DNA of 49,305 nucleotides, filler included, from Catajapyx aquilonaris (taxonomy: Eukaryota), in NCBI GenBank assembly GCA_000934665.2. It is 2 parts of 2 records of this genome, joined end to end, with 100 filler letters (N's around TTAATTAATTAA, not from the genome) between each part and the next. Parts side by side here need not be neighbours in the genome. Positions count along the whole stretch, not along the records: positions 24,688 to 49,305 come from JYFJ02005484.1; 1 more part is not named here. One strand, written 5' to 3'. Below, one piece after another: positions 24,688 to 36,687 of this stretch (its first letter is position 1; each line of letters starts with the position of its first letter). A program made the position numbers and the translations under genes. The notes below the pieces were generated by a model, which ran no database searches, was not told the DNA's origin, and saw only the letters and a list, made by a program, of their open reading frames with translations.

Positions 24688-26382
24688 GCCGGGGTTAATT
24701 AGTCACACTGCAACTTCCAGCAGGGAAATAAACACGGGAAATGGTTACTTTGTGCAAAGTGCGAGCTCCGCAAATCCGTCGATGTTTGGTGGGTTACCAA
24801 CTTTTCTCGACCTTCTCCACTCTCCTGACGGCGGCCAACAATCTGGCCCTCCCCTCCACATCAATTTGGAACCGAAAAAAAGCCCGGTGTGGCTTACTTA
24901 CTCGAGATATTGTTGCGGAAATAACCCGCTCAGCATGCCGCCATTGCTGGTTCTGCCCAACCAACATGGCCGCCGCGAAAAAAAAGGTAAACAAATACGT
25001 CACGGCTAAAAGGTCCATAGGCAGGGAGATTGGGAAGGAGAGACTCCCGGGGTGGTGGACAAGGGGAGCGGTTGTGCTCGTCCCTTGCGGAATCGGGGTA
25101 GTATGTTGGGCACCCCTTTCTCACGGTGAATAAGTTGACGAAGGAAACTGTACTTTGAATGGAATAAGATTTATGTGAGAGTACACCCTGGTGTTTATTT
25201 AAAAATCCTGTTCCATTACGTTTGACCCTGCTGTCGAAGAACAGAAGGTTACACCCATCTTATCCCGTGTTCCGAGTGGAATTAGGTTATTTCCTCTCTC
25301 CAGCTGTTGCACCTAGGCTTGAGGAGTTGAGGTACCATTTGCGATCATAAACAGAATTTTGGGTTTTTTTTTGGAGTTATGCGCGTTTTCATTCTGGGTG
25401 CTTCACTTCTTTTAGTACGTCTGGTAGATGGAAAGCAGGAAATTGAGCCTTTCTGTACAGTACCCTGCATTAACCCAGTTATGCCGGGAAAAAGCTGAAG
25501 CAAATCAGCAATATTTGAGCAAGTTTGAACTTGCATCGTTAGCTGGGACTCTTCTGAAACCCCCGTGACTACTGCCATTCCAGCTCTTTAGCAGCAGAAG
25601 AACCAGCGCAAAAAAAAAATTAAAATATAACAACTGTGCAGGTGTCCACTATAGGGGACACTCGGCATATTGTGTTAATGGTTATGCACGGACATCGTCA
25701 CCTGGCGGAAATAAGCGGCGGCGGCTGCGTCCAAAATACTGAGACAATTCAAGATATCGCGACGGATTCAAACGCTTGTTAGTGTGTTACAAAGAGGGAT
25801 CATAGATATATCTGTGGGATGGATTATAAGGCCATTGCGATTCCTATCAATGCACTGAGGTTGTGAACCAGTTATTACACGGACCACGTGTATTGTAATT
25901 TCGGAAAGTCTATAGTTTATCCGCACCTAGCGACGCGACAGGATTGGCAGGGCGTCGTGTGCTCCAAACATGTTGGCTACGCGTCGCAAACAACCGGTTG
26001 CCGGGAGAGCATAACAAAGGGCGTCTTCTTACCCCTGCCACGCGAACCGTTCAGACGAGTGCTAGGACCACAGTATTAATGAAGGAGGTGGGAAATATGA
26101 AAGCCACGATGGTTGCTGCAGTCCGTTAACCCAAAGAACGATATGATGTCACACCAGCCGTGTTTTCTGAGCGTGTGCAGTAGTATGCCTGCAGAGTGAG
26201 TCGTGGGCATGATTGGAGGGGAGAGCCGGGTGGTGGCGGGCGGAACTTGGCGTCATGTAGTTCGTTGGTTTAACGGACGGTGTGACGGTGTACTTCGCGC
26301 GTGGCAAAGCCACAATAACGTTCGTTGGCCTGCGGCGCCACAAGACGGACAGTAAATGTTGCGGATACAGAAACCCACAATA

Positions 26383-26549
26383 CTGCCGTCAGATGTAAGA
26401 AGACCGTAACTCGAAAACCACTACGGGCGAAAGTCGCATGCACGCCCTGCACTAATCCCCTCTGAGCCAGGGTGGATAAGTGCACGGCATGCATGCGACT
26501 TTCGCCCTTACTAGTTTTTGAGTTACGGTCTTCTTACAACTGACGGCAG
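26383..26549. repeat. Long imperfect palindrome (MITE-like)
   Basis: CTGCCGTCAGATGTAAGAAGACCGTAACTC...GAGTTACGGTCTTCTTACAACTGACGGCAG; the flanking segment 26300-26370 recurs inverted at ~33200-33270. Confidence 0.7.
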
Positions 26550-26646
26550 AATAAGCGCCCAGCTCCGCTATCGCTCCGCAAAAACTAAAAATATCACGCA
26601 CGGGCGACGTACCGTGCCTGGCAGGGCCACAACAATGTGCAGTACT

Positions 26647-26877
26647 TTTTATAATTGATATTAAGGAGGTTGGCCCAGCATTGCCTTTCAACCTCCAAGG
26701 ATAGGGAAGGAAGGAAGCGGCTGTGGCCTATTATACGGAAGCGACCCCGGAATTATCCTAGAAAGACCGTGGAAAACCACAGAAAACCACGGTCAGGGTT
26801 ACCGGCCCCGGGATTCGAACCCAGGACCTCCCGATTAGCAGTCGGACGCCCTATCCACTATGCCAACCTGCTTCGGT
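26647..26877 (-). mobile_element. tRNA-derived SINE (family B)
   Basis: Minus-strand head TGGCATAGTGG...GGTTCGAATCCC; 13-bp TSD AATGTGCAGTACT at 26634-26646 and 26878-26890; copies at 38042 and 47788. Confidence 0.9.
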
Positions 26878-27157
26878 AATGTGCAGTACTGTTGCGGTAA
26901 CAAAAAGCCATACAGCAACACCAAGACACAGGGCTATTCCATCCACTTAATCACCTCAAAATCCCGAATTGAATCCCCGAAAGCCCGACAAGAAGAATAA
27001 AGCGCAGTTCCATGTAACCATGCAGCAGTATCAATAGGCACCCGATTGTTTGCGACGCAACGTTGCCAACCGTCGGGAGGCCCCCCCGCCCGCCTAACAC
27101 CGACCGTGTTGTTATGGTGCGGATAAACAATAGTTTATCCGTTATTTCATGTTAATG

Positions 27158-28015
27158 TGCGGCTGTATATGGGACTTATTGGAGTGCGTGTAAAGAGCAT
27201 CACTCTTCTCTCATCATTTCGCTTTTTAATTCAGAAGTTATCTACACGGAAGGGGTAGGATCTGCTGGGCTTGACAAGAAATGTCATCCATTGCCAATCA
27301 TTAGTCATCTGGACTGGAGTCATACGGGAGTCTCTCGAATGGCAGTTGTCGCCTATACCCAATCTTTTGCACCACCCTATATGACTTGCTTCGTTTTACT
27401 ACAGTCAGAGATGGGCAGTATTTAAATACAGAAGTATTTAAATACATATCGTAAATACTTTCCCTAACTTTTTTATTGCGCAGCAATAAAAAATTTAACT
27501 GGAAAGACTAACTTTTGATTTTATTTGTCATTCTGTTATTATTATTAACTTACCCTTTTCCTGAAGTTGACGTCTTGATAACATACTGATAGCTAATTAT
27601 AGAATGGATATAAAAGTAGAAATCTGCTATGTTTTCTTATTTTTATCCAAAGAATGGTGGTAAGAAATTAGTTGCACATTAACAAAAAAAAAGTATTTGC
27701 AATGAATATACAAAAGTATGTAAATACTTTTGATGTATTTAGTATCTAATTACTTTCTTATGTAGTATTTAGCATTAATTACATTTTTATGCAGTAGTTA
27801 GTATTTAGCATTTAATTGCATTTTATGCAGTAGTTAGTATTTAGCATTTAATTACATTTTATGCAGTAGTTAATATTTAGCATTTAATTACATTCAAGTA
27901 TTTAGTGCCCATCACTGACTACAGTGTATTAAAAACTCCTGAATTTAACAGTGAAATGATAAGAGAAGAGTGATGCTGTTTACGCACACTTCCAAAAGTC
28001 CCCTATACAGCGCAC
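27158..28015. mobile_element. MITE with ~80-bp inverted ends hosting a hAT MITE
   Basis: 27158-27240 is the imperfect reverse complement of 27930-28015. Confidence 0.65.
27406..27917. mobile_element. hAT-type MITE with internal ~37-bp tandem repeats
   Basis: TIRs CAGAGATGGGCA and TGCCCATCACTG; 8-bp TSD ACTACAGT at 27398-27405 and 27918-27925. Confidence 0.88.
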
Positions 28016-28244
28016 ATTTAATAACAGGAGACAATTCATTCATTCATTCATTACACTCACGGCATATTCCCAAGATGGGGTTATCAGCGATGACCAGGAA
28101 CAATCCACTTGACCATCTCAAACACACGAACAAGGGACAATAATATTACTAATAACATCATCTGGTCCGTGTAATAAACTGATTCACAACTTCAGTGCAT
28201 TGAGAGGAATCTCAATGGTTTTATAATAATCCATCCCATAGATA

Positions 28245-31010
28245 ACAACAACAACAACACCATCACGACATTTCCCTATAAGGGGTAGTCAGCGATGACG
28301 GGAGCCACAAGGTAACCCAAAATATTAACTAAATTAAAAATGGTAAAAATCCGTCTATAAACCACCCATATAACCCCCCCCCCCTGCCCATCTCAGACAG
28401 CAAACTCTCAATATTATANCCCCCCCCCCCCCCCCGGAAGAAGAATCAGCAACTGTTAAATTCCTCCAAGTGACTATAATATTCTCCTCCAAACGACCAG
28501 AACACCCACAGGCCATCGAGAAGAACCAGCATACAGAAATCCATACCCGAACTCTAAGCGCTGTGCAGGACAGAGAGAGAGCCAGACACCCTTGCAAGCA
28601 TGACTACCGGTGTGCAAGAGATATTTGCCAAACTTGTACAGTTCTGCACAGCACCCAGAGCCCGAGCATGAACCTCCACACGCTGACTCCTCCCACCAAC
28701 CTGCAAACATTCTATAGCCATTCGGAAAAATTCAATGGACACTGCCATTCCTCACAAACCCGCGAATATTCTACCCATTAATTAACCTACGCCATTTACA
28801 CCTATCCAAACAAACAACCTTAAAGGGAAGGTCACGGGGTGATAATGTCGGATCTTGATGAAATTGGACATGCTAATACAGGACAATATATGATGCCCAA
28901 AAATGAAATATTTCGTGCTGACGTCCATATTTGCAAAAGTTATGACGTCTTAAAGTTCCAAAAATAATACATTTTCATACTCCATGGGATTACATTAGCG
29001 ACCACATATAATGACATTGTAGTGTGTAATCAGTTTCTAGACCTTTTCTCATCGGAAAAAAGTCCTACAGAACTGCTCTGGCCGTCCGTCCGTCCGTCCG
29101 TCTGTGGACAGGTATAAAGGCCTAAACCATAAGAGATAGCGACAAACGGTTTTCATATTCGGATTGAGAGTGACCAAAATAGGTTTCATGGTCAACTTCT
29201 GGTGACCCGCCACTTACGGTCTTCCGGGTTCACTCTATCCGCACATGTCTATACTTTAGTGAATGGTTCATACAGAAACACATATTGCAATGTGCACAAC
29301 AAAAGAAGCTCATCTCATAACGAGAAAAGGTCTAGAAACTGATTACACACTTCAATGTCATTATATGTGGTCGCTAATGTAATCCCATGGAGTATGAAAA
29401 TGTATTATTTTTGGAACTTTAAGACGTCATAACTTTTGCAACTATGGACGTCAGCACGAAATATTTCATTTTTGGGCATCATATATTGTCCTGTATTAGC
29501 ACGTCCAATTTCATCAAGATCCGACATTATCACCCCGTGACCTTCCCTTATTAGCTTCAGCCACGTCCATGGTCCTATTGACACATGAACGTCTAGGCTT
29601 AACACTAGCAACACCCTTAAGACACTTGCCCACCTGGTCCAACCATGTCTTCCTAGGCCTACCCTTGCCCCTCTTACCAACTACTCCACCCAAATAAACC
29701 TTCTTCACAATCTCCTCCTCCTTCAACCTCTCCACATGGCCAAACCACCTTAGAGTAGACTTACACACCTTATCTTTAACAGTCTCCTTAAAATTACACC
29801 TCTGCAAAATCTCCTCATTCCTCATCCTATCCAACTTGGTAACCCCACAAACAGCCCGGAGATAACGCATCTCTGTAGCCAACACCATACTCTTATGCCT
29901 ATCTGACCAAACCCACGCTTCACTACCATACATAAGTGAAGGAACAATAATGTGAGAATAGACAGACAACCTACAGGCAGAAGATAAGTCCTTATTTCTA
30001 GAAAACTTACTTGTGGCACCTGTCACTTTCAACCCAGAACTAACTCTCCTATCAATCTCCCCATCCATTCTACCATTACTCTCAAGGACACTACCCAGGT
30101 ATACAAACTGGTTGACCTGCTCAACCAGTTTTCCTCGTACCTGCAACATACAAGGAGAAACCTGCTGTCTTCTCTCAAATACCAATCCCTTAGTCTTATC
30201 TACATTAATCCTCATACCCCTCTTTTCACAAACATTATCTAACTTGCATAGGATCAACTGTAAATCAGCCTCACTCTCCGCCAGAAGGGCAGAATCATCT
30301 GCATACAGCAAGTGACTAACTAACTCATCACCAAACTGCACTCCTACACCTTCAACCATAGCTTCCCTTACACATGCATCTAATTAAGTACAAGTTAAAT
30401 AACCAGGGAGACATGACACAACCCTGCTTAACCCCAACACTAATGTTAAACCAGTCAGAGAAACCCCCACTAGCTCTAACACAAGCTCTACTCTCTTCAT
30501 ACAATGACTTTACAGCCTCCAACAGGCGACCCTTCACTCCATAGAGACTCAGAACTTCCCACAAACCTTCCCTATACTCACTGTGTCATAATTATGCTTT
30601 CTCTAAGTCTACAAAGGCAACATAAACCTTCTTGTTTACAGCTAAATACTTTTCTATCACGAGTCTCATACAGAATATCTGATCTACGCAACTCTTACCC
30701 GACATAAACCCACTCTGAATATTCAGTATTCTCTGACTTGAGGGGTGAGGGTGAGGGGTAGGCGGGGATGATGTAGTTACTTTTTTGACTAATTTATGTA
30801 GGGTTTCTTTTGATAATGGTGTGGTTCCTAGGGATTTGGAGGGATGCTATTATAGTACCTCTGTATAAGGGTAAGGGAGATGTGTGTGATTGCAAGAATT
30901 ATCGTGGCATTAGTTTGTTAAGTGTACCAGGGAAAGTGTATGCTAAGGTTTTGATAGAAAGAGTTAGGAGGGTCACGAGTCAGAGAATACTGAATATTCA
31001 GAGTGGGTTT
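28245..31010 (-). mobile_element. 5'-truncated, 5'-inverted RTE-clade LINE
   Basis: RT motifs GVKQGCVMSPWLFN, LLYADD, LRWFGHVERL, GRPRKTW on minus. The upstream RT part (YRGISLLSVPGKVY) lies on plus at ~30810-31010. (TTG)n tail; 12-bp TSD ATCCCATAGATA at 28233-28244 and 31011-31022. Confidence 0.9.
28824..29548. mobile_element. Foldback element with ~230-bp inverted arms inserted in the RTE ORF end
   Basis: 28824-29050 is the reverse complement of 29322-29548. The RTE reading MDVAEA-KVVCLDRCKWRRLING* is restored on removal. The centre has (GTCC)n. Confidence 0.85.
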
Positions 31011-31078
31011 ATCCCATAGATACATATGATATATCTATGATCCATCTTTGTAGCAAGCGTTTGAATCCACCGCGATGT

Positions 31079-31537
31079 TACAAACTGATTTTAAAAGCTT
31101 AACTATGGCTTGGAAGCATATCTTACGTACGGTCTACCCCTCTACCTACAGCGTATGATGATAAATCTGAGAAATTGTTCTAAATATCTCCCCATAAAGT
31201 CAGGAATATCAATACAATTGGTTAGCGAAGAAAATTGTGATTGGTGCAACTTGGGAATCCCCCTAACACCACGCCACTTAATATTTGAATGCCCCATATT
31301 TACCACGCCTCGAAGAATTTATCTTGGTACTTTATCTGTCATCCGTTTAGAACATATGCCTTTTGTTTTTCATAATCTAACAAAACAGCAAATTTTCCTA
31401 CTGTACTCGTTTTTCCTAAATGTTTGCAAGCGCATCCAGTTGTGTGTGAGTGTAAATAGCGGTTGTGTCCCCCTAAAAATGACCTAAAGGTCAGAGCATG
31501 GGGTATGTAATAAATGTAACAAATAAATAAAAATAAA
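31079..31537 (+). mobile_element. 5'-truncated LINE 3' end with CCHC zinc finger
   Basis: CDWCNLGIPLTPRHLIFECP; (TAAA)n-like tail; 17-bp TSD TGAATCCACCGCGATGT at 31062-31078 and 31538-31554. Confidence 0.88.
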
Positions 31538-31651
31538 TGAATCCACCGCGATGTCTTGAGCGGTCTCATGAGCAGTCTTGAGCTGTCCAAGTATTTTGGA
31601 CGCAGCCTCCGCGACTTATGTCCGCCAGGTGGCGATGTCTGTGCATAGCCA

Positions 31652-31992
31652 TCAACGAGATAGAATAGGGTAGAGGCCGTAAAGGTCACGTGATCTTTGG
31701 CGTCCATGCCACTTCACGGCAAGAACATGCGCTCATTTGAAATTGCCGTATTTCTAACCCTGTTCTCCTCTGTCTACACTCCTGCCTCCTGGCGGGGGGT
31801 GGGAATAAATAAAAACGTCCCCAGACAGGATTTTCTTCCTATAGTCTCGCCAGGAGGCAGGAGAGGAGAACAGGGTTAGCGATACTACAATTTCAAAGTT
31901 CTTGCCGTGAAGTGGCATGGCCGCCCGATGGCCGCCATTTTGCTTCAAAGATGTCCGACCTTTACGGCCTCTACCCTATTCTATCTCGTTGA
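31652..31992. mobile_element. MITE with perfect ~36-bp TIRs
   Basis: TCAACGAGATAGAATAGGGTAGAGGCCGTAAAGGTC and its reverse complement, flanked by duplicated TAGCCA; further internal inverted symmetry. Confidence 0.88.
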
Positions 31993-32015
31993 TAGCCATT
32001 AATGCAGGGTAGTGT

Positions 32016-32743
32016 ACATGTGGCCTACTCTCGACCTTTCGGCTGGGAAATTAGGAAATTTTCCGTACTCGCCAACATGAACATCGACTTAGCGAGGCTG
32101 AAAATGCATTGATATCCCATCGTAAGGCCCTGCCAGCACTTCGAGTTATGGAGAACTTCGAGTTATAGAAATTCGAGTTAGGGAAGTTTATTTCATATTA
32201 TTTTACATTGTGACCAACCAAGCTCATAATATTTTATTCGACTTATAGAAAACTTCGACTTAGGGAAGTTCGACTTATAGAAGTTTTACTATTGTACAGT
32301 ATGATGTTTGTTGGTAATATGTGTCAGTAAAGAACAGGTAGTCTAGCAGTTGTGTTCATACTTCATAGAAAGCAGTTTCTGCAAACACTCCATAGTCTTT
32401 TTACTCTGACTACCGAGTAATAAAATAATAACTATGTGAATGGAAACTGACGATTTATTATGAAGTTCATCATGTTCTGATTCATACTAAGTAAAAGTCG
32501 AACTTCCCTAAGTCGAAGTTCTCTATATAAGTCGAAGATAATGATGAGCTTGGTTGGTCACAATGTAAAATAATATGAAATAAACTTCCCTAACTCGAAT
32601 ATATTTCTATAACTCGAAATGCAGGCAGGGCCTTACGATGGGATATCAATGCATTTTCAGTCTCCCTAAGTCGAAGTTCATGTTGGCGAGTACGGAAAAT
32701 TTTCTCATTTCCCAGCCGAAGGGTCGAGAGTAGGCCACATGTA
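32016..32743. repeat. Inverted pair of pogo-like element halves around a ~200-bp spacer
   Basis: 32016-32290 is approximately the reverse complement of 32490-32743. Confidence 0.8.
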
Positions 32744-32934
32744 TACAGAAAGGCCCAATTTCCTGATCTCCGTCAACCAGACGTACCGAAAGAAGTGTTT
32801 GACTCGATTGTGACAATATATTGAACTAGCGCAACCGTAGCCAAAATTTGGCAAACCCTGCAATGAGGAAGACAATGGTAATGAAAAAATTGAATGAGAG
32901 GGCTCGCTACGGGTGCGCTAGTGTGGATATAGTT

Positions 32935-33085
32935 TCGATGGGTTCTCTCCGTGTTCGCGTGGGTTTTCTCGGGGGTTCTCCCGTTTCCTCTCACAATCAA
33001 AATCCATCACAGCAAAGGCAATGATTAAAGTCGGTCAATTAAAAGATGATCCCCTAAAAAGCTCAAGGAGGCTTATCACGGGGTA
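32935..33085 (+). mobile_element. Headless SINE with conserved core and shared 3' tail
   Basis: Core CTCCGTGTTCGCGTGG..CTCGGGGGTTCTCCCGTTTCCT also at ~35378-35418; tail CCCCTAA...TCACGGGGTA. Confidence 0.65.
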
Positions 33086-33971
33086 TCCATTATCTCCACT
33101 GTCATCTGTTGTGGCCCCGCCAGGCAGTGTTCGTCGCCCTGCAGGATATTTTTAGGTAATGCGGAGAGGAAGCGGAGCTGGGCGATTATTGTGGGTTTCG
33201 TATCCGCAACATTTACAGTACTGTCCGTCTTGTGGCGGCGGAGCCAACGGACGTTATTGTGGCTTTGCCAACCTCCAATCCCCTGCTGATCCCACCGCTG
33301 GTATCTTGTTTGCTTGCTCCGGGAGGTTCATGCTACGCCGCCAAATAAGTCGCAATGGTTTACTCTAAGCTAAGCTATCCGCTGAAAATGATAATAAGTT
33401 GCTAGATCCGGATCCAAGATGGCGGCATAGTTAGAAAGTGGGGCTGAAAGTAGCAGCATATATGACAGCTTTCTGAATATTCCGAGGCTCAGATTGAATC
33501 AGTTGGCAAACCTGTATTGGCGGGAAATGAAATAGGTGGCGGTTAGGACTTTTGGCGGGAAGGGAAAGCGGCGGCCTGATGAATTAGTGCCGTAATGACC
33601 GAAAGGTGGCAGCACTCCCTTGGCCGCCGCCAAAGGCCGCCAAGGGAGTGCTGCCACCTTTTTCGTCACGGCACTACTTCTTCGGGCAGCAACATCTGGC
33701 GTTCCAGACAAGGCTATTATTATGGGGAATCCTTGAATCTAAGAGTAGGCAAATGCCCATAACGGAGATTTTTTTTTACAACAAAACAACGAGGAACATT
33801 GTAAGTGTGATAGTGACAGTTATTTTTAAGTTATGAACACCTTTCGTCGCTGGATATAAAGGTCTCAGGCTTCCTTATAGAGTTATGTGCTTAAAAAATT
33901 CCAAACTTCTCTAACTCGAATCTTCTATAACTCGAAGTTTTTTTTCCGGTCCCATGAAGATTCGACTTATA

Positions 33972-34563
33972 CCGTATTACCTCTCATATTGCGGCACACC
34001 GGTATAAAACGAGGTCGACCAGCATGCCGGTATAACCCGGGGCGGGGGTGGCCGGCATGCCGCAATAACCGAGGTAGATTTCCGTCATTTTGATCCTTGC
34101 CAAATTTTTTGGAATGCTTCTGGTGCCATACTAAAATAATGTTAGGCCTACAATGAAAATGGGGGAGTGTACAGGCTGTGAGAATATGTCAGTTCTGTTG
34201 CACAGCGCATTAAAAAATGTAGAGTGTATGACCAATCCCATCGTCAGCTAGCTTTGACAGGGGAACCCCCTGCTCTAACATACTGTTTAAATAGAGATCA
34301 TTGCCAAACACTGCAATTGAAAACAATATATGATATTCGGGTACCCTGTTTGGAAAATGTGCCTTTTCGATAGCCTTTACGTGAATTTCGATTTTCAGGC
34401 AAATGTCAAGTTCAGAAAGGAAAATGGAACATGTGAAATCCTCGCCTTATACCGGCATACCTCGCCCTATACCGGCATGCCGGTATAACCACCAGATCGT
34501 GCATTTCTAAAAACTGGTCGACCTCGGCTACACCGGCATGCCGCTTTATGTGAGGTAATACGG
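33972..34563. mobile_element. Tc1/mariner-type MITE nested in the terminus of a pogo-like element
   Basis: TIRs CCGTATTACCTC and GAGGTAATACGG; TA duplicated at 33970-33971 and 34564-34565; host terminus CGACTTATA|GACGTTTTACT rejoins across it. Confidence 0.85.
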
Positions 34564-34734
34564 TAGACGTTTTACTATAAGCTTACAGGTACTATTTTAT
34601 GGGCTTTCCAATCTCTGTGAATATGCAGTTTCTTGGCACCACTCTCTTATTTCAAACAAGCATTACCTATTCCGAGTAGCATTTTCCATAGAGCTCACGG
34701 GTACTGTATCTTCAACAGACCATTAGAAACCTAG

Positions 34735-35067
34735 GGAGATGAAGTGGCGTCGCGGTAACGCATGCGCCCACGGATATGAAGGTCCCGGGTTCAATCCCCA
34801 CCCGGGGTTCCCACCTTTATCCGTGCAGAGTTGGGCCATCTCTGGCTTCATTTCGGGTGGAAATTTCCTAAAGACTAATCCACCCGGGGAGTTCACAAAA
34901 TGACCAATTAACGACAGCGCACATGCACTTTGCACATCCCCTCCTACCAACCCTTGGAGTAATTCATAAGATTCTCTTAACACGCTCCAAAAACAAATAC
35001 CAATGGTGGTAATCCACCACCCCCTATAGACCTAACAGGTCATCACGGGGTAAATTTAAAAAAAAAA
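34735..35067 (+). mobile_element. tRNA-derived SINE (family C)
   Basis: A box GTGGCGTCGCGG, B box GGTTCAATCCC, tail CCCCTATAGACCTAACAGGTCATCACGGGG..TA plus A-run. Confidence 0.75.
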
Positions 35068-35299
35068 CAGACCCACCGATTTCGTAATCACCATCTTATT
35101 CAACAGCCGTCTAATTCACCCATGGTTATACTCGCATCTAAAATACTGTAGGATCAGTGTGTCCCAGTGTCAGGGTCAAAGTAAAAGTGTTTGTGAGATA
35201 TAGCACACTGAAAGGCTAAATAAGGCCACCATCAGGTATCGTCATTAAGCGTACTCTGCCTGCAACCCTTCCAGAACGAGTTGACAGGTTTTCAAAACT

Positions 35300-35500
35300 G
35301 GGTTCCACCTCTGAGGTCCCATGTTCGATCCCTGGGTCGCATCCAGGATTCTCATGTCGAAAGAGTTTTGAGGCTTTCTCCGTGTTCGCGTGGATATCTC
35401 GGGGTTCTCCCGTTTCCTGCCACATTCCAAAGATCTCTCTTCCCTTCTCACCCCATCCTATGCCAGATAGCCTTAGTTGCTTTGGCTCACACAATCAATC
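35300..35500 (+). mobile_element. SINE fragment with B box and conserved core
   Basis: GTTCGATCCC followed by the core shared with 32945-32990. Confidence 0.55.
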
Positions 35501-35525
35501 AGCCAAACCAACCAAAACTGGGTAA

Positions 35526-36078
35526 AGGTGCGTTTACATGTGAGCGATTTGATCGCGCGATGTCATCGCCGAGCCAGGGAGCATATACTACATAAGAGGC
35601 GCAAACTTCTGTCGGCGCCTTTGATGTTCGCGTCTCTCTGTTTGGGGCCGTTGCTAAGGCTGGCGGCCATTTTGAAGTGTGGGCAACGCCAACGAGGTAT
35701 AAATAGGGCACATACAAAAATAGGGTCCGCCATCTTTGATGGTTTTGGCGGCCATGGCAACTACACGGCAAGAACACGCGCGAATCAAAGATGGCGGACC
35801 CTATTTTTGCCTGTACCCAATTTATACCTCGTTGGCGTTGCCCACACTTCAAAATGGCCGCCAGCCTTGGCAACGCCCCAAACAGAGAGACGCGGAAATC
35901 GAATGTTTGCGCCTCTTATGTAGTATATGTTCCCTGGCCGAGCGACGAATCTAATTGCTTGGGGCGAAAATCGATTGTTATATAATATATTATGTGATTG
36001 TTACTTTCTCCCCAAACAATAATTGTTTGGGACGAAAGTAACAATCATGGTAACAATCGATCACAAGTAAACGCACCA
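35526..36078. mobile_element. PIF/Harbinger-type MITE with long internal palindrome
   Basis: TIRs GGTGCGTTTAC and GTAAACGCACC, TAA flanks; 35565-35948 largely self-complementary; related remnant at 21168-21240. Confidence 0.8.
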
Positions 36079-36687
36079 TAACTCTTTTGGTGGATACGAT
36101 CTGTAAAATTCCCGCATTGTATCATTTCCTTTTTGCAATTTTTACATGTACATATTCGATATGCAGTAGGCTATAATTTTGTTGTTGGACATCTGCCAAC
36201 AGGACACCTGCAATAGTGGATGGTGGGGAGGAAGGTTATACTATATTAATGTTACTTCAATCAGATTGAAGTAGCCTATATAAGTTATAGAAGTAACAAT
36301 CAGGATCGCATTCATAATTATGAGACTCCGTGAAAATTACATGAATAAGGTCCTGATTGAATGAAGTTGCTTTTCCTGAAATAGGTGACCGGTCGACAAA
36401 CTTTCCAGCTTGCTCTCAGTATAAAATTACGTACTGTATGTATACATGCAGGACGTTACTGAACAACTCTGATGCCTTTCGTTTGAGTTTGGGCCTGCAG
36501 TGAGGGGAAAGTGGTCTACAATAACTGCCGACAATGATTTTTGGTTAACAATAAAATAGGCCTACATGGTTCATGGTGTGACCTACCTCATTGCAAAAAA
36601 ATTTAAAATACTTCATTTTATTACATTAAGAATTTAAAATATTATCAACTTGTGACGATACTGACGAACCTCCAACTCCAGGCTTAA

